Shown: in pieces, positions 34,000-34,082 of the stretch
How the letters are laid out: each line of letters begins with the position of its first letter
Position numbering within the stretch: position 1 is the stretch's first letter
Origin: a virus
Lineage: Duplodnaviria > Heunggongvirae > Uroviricota > Caudoviricetes
Reading direction: 5' to 3' (one strand)
DNA length: 34,082 bases
Virus record (IMG/VR): IMGVR_UViG_3300045988_014597
Coordinates: 1 to 34,082 of that record
The notes under the pieces: model-generated
What the model saw: only the letters and a program-made list of their open reading frames with translations
Told to the model about the DNA's origin: nothing
Database searches by the model: none
Program-made: the position numbers and the translations under genes

Positions 34000-34082
34000 C
34001 CACCTGAGCTTGTGAAGTATGAACAAGCGACCGCGGCGCGGGCAGGTAACGGAGCGGGACGTAAGTCCTGAGTGTAGTTACG
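33971..34082 (+). repeat. Dispersed direct repeat R2 (promoter plus conserved leader), truncated by the window end
   Basis: Aligns with 20927-21037. Confidence 0.85.

Noticed and set aside
20927-34082. R1/R2 as direct terminal repeats or boundaries of a mobile element
   Set aside because: Both copies are internal, 13 kb apart, and bracket essential lysis and packaging genes. No transposase or integrase and no target-site duplication are visible.

Overview
This window reads as a large piece of a tailed-phage (siphovirus-like) genome with sigma70-type promoters and AGGAG-type ribosome-binding sites, suggesting an enterobacterial-type host. No tRNA, rRNA, CRISPR array, integrase or transposase was recognisable. 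All calls are from reading the sequence and ORF translations by eye; no database search or folding program was run.

Layout, left to right:
- 1-9255 (+): lambda-like tail module: chaperone with a probable -1 frameshift, tape measure, M/L/K-like tip proteins, J-like tip protein, and a tailspike with a pectate-lyase-like beta-helix.
- 9284-20831 (-): replication module: SNF2/DEAD helicase, a compact C5-methyltransferase-like protein, VRR-NUC nuclease, family A DNA polymerase, an SSB-like protein, a Cas4/RecB-like nuclease and an AEP primase/helicase. A single + strand XRE HTH regulator (17688-17903) sits inside it.
- 21299-27182 (+): about 25 small genes of unknown function, with a lysis cassette (holin-like, second membrane protein, GH24 endolysin).
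- 27402-33053 (+): packaging and head genes (small and large terminase, portal, Mu F-like morphogenesis protein, Ig-like protein), interrupted by a reverse-strand N6/N4 DNA methyltransferase.
- 33066-33841 (-): three AT-richer accessory genes.

The most interesting signals are regulatory rather than coding:
1. A ~110 bp promoter-plus-leader element present twice (20927-21037 and 33971-window end), with a conserved leader stem-loop; a candidate cis-acting RNA element or small RNA.
2. A palindrome, (G)AATAG-N4-CTATT(C), embedded in the -10 region of at least eight promoters of two families; a candidate operator for a dimeric regulator, possibly the XRE protein.
3. A promoter/5'UTR/start cassette reused in opposite orientations at three loci.
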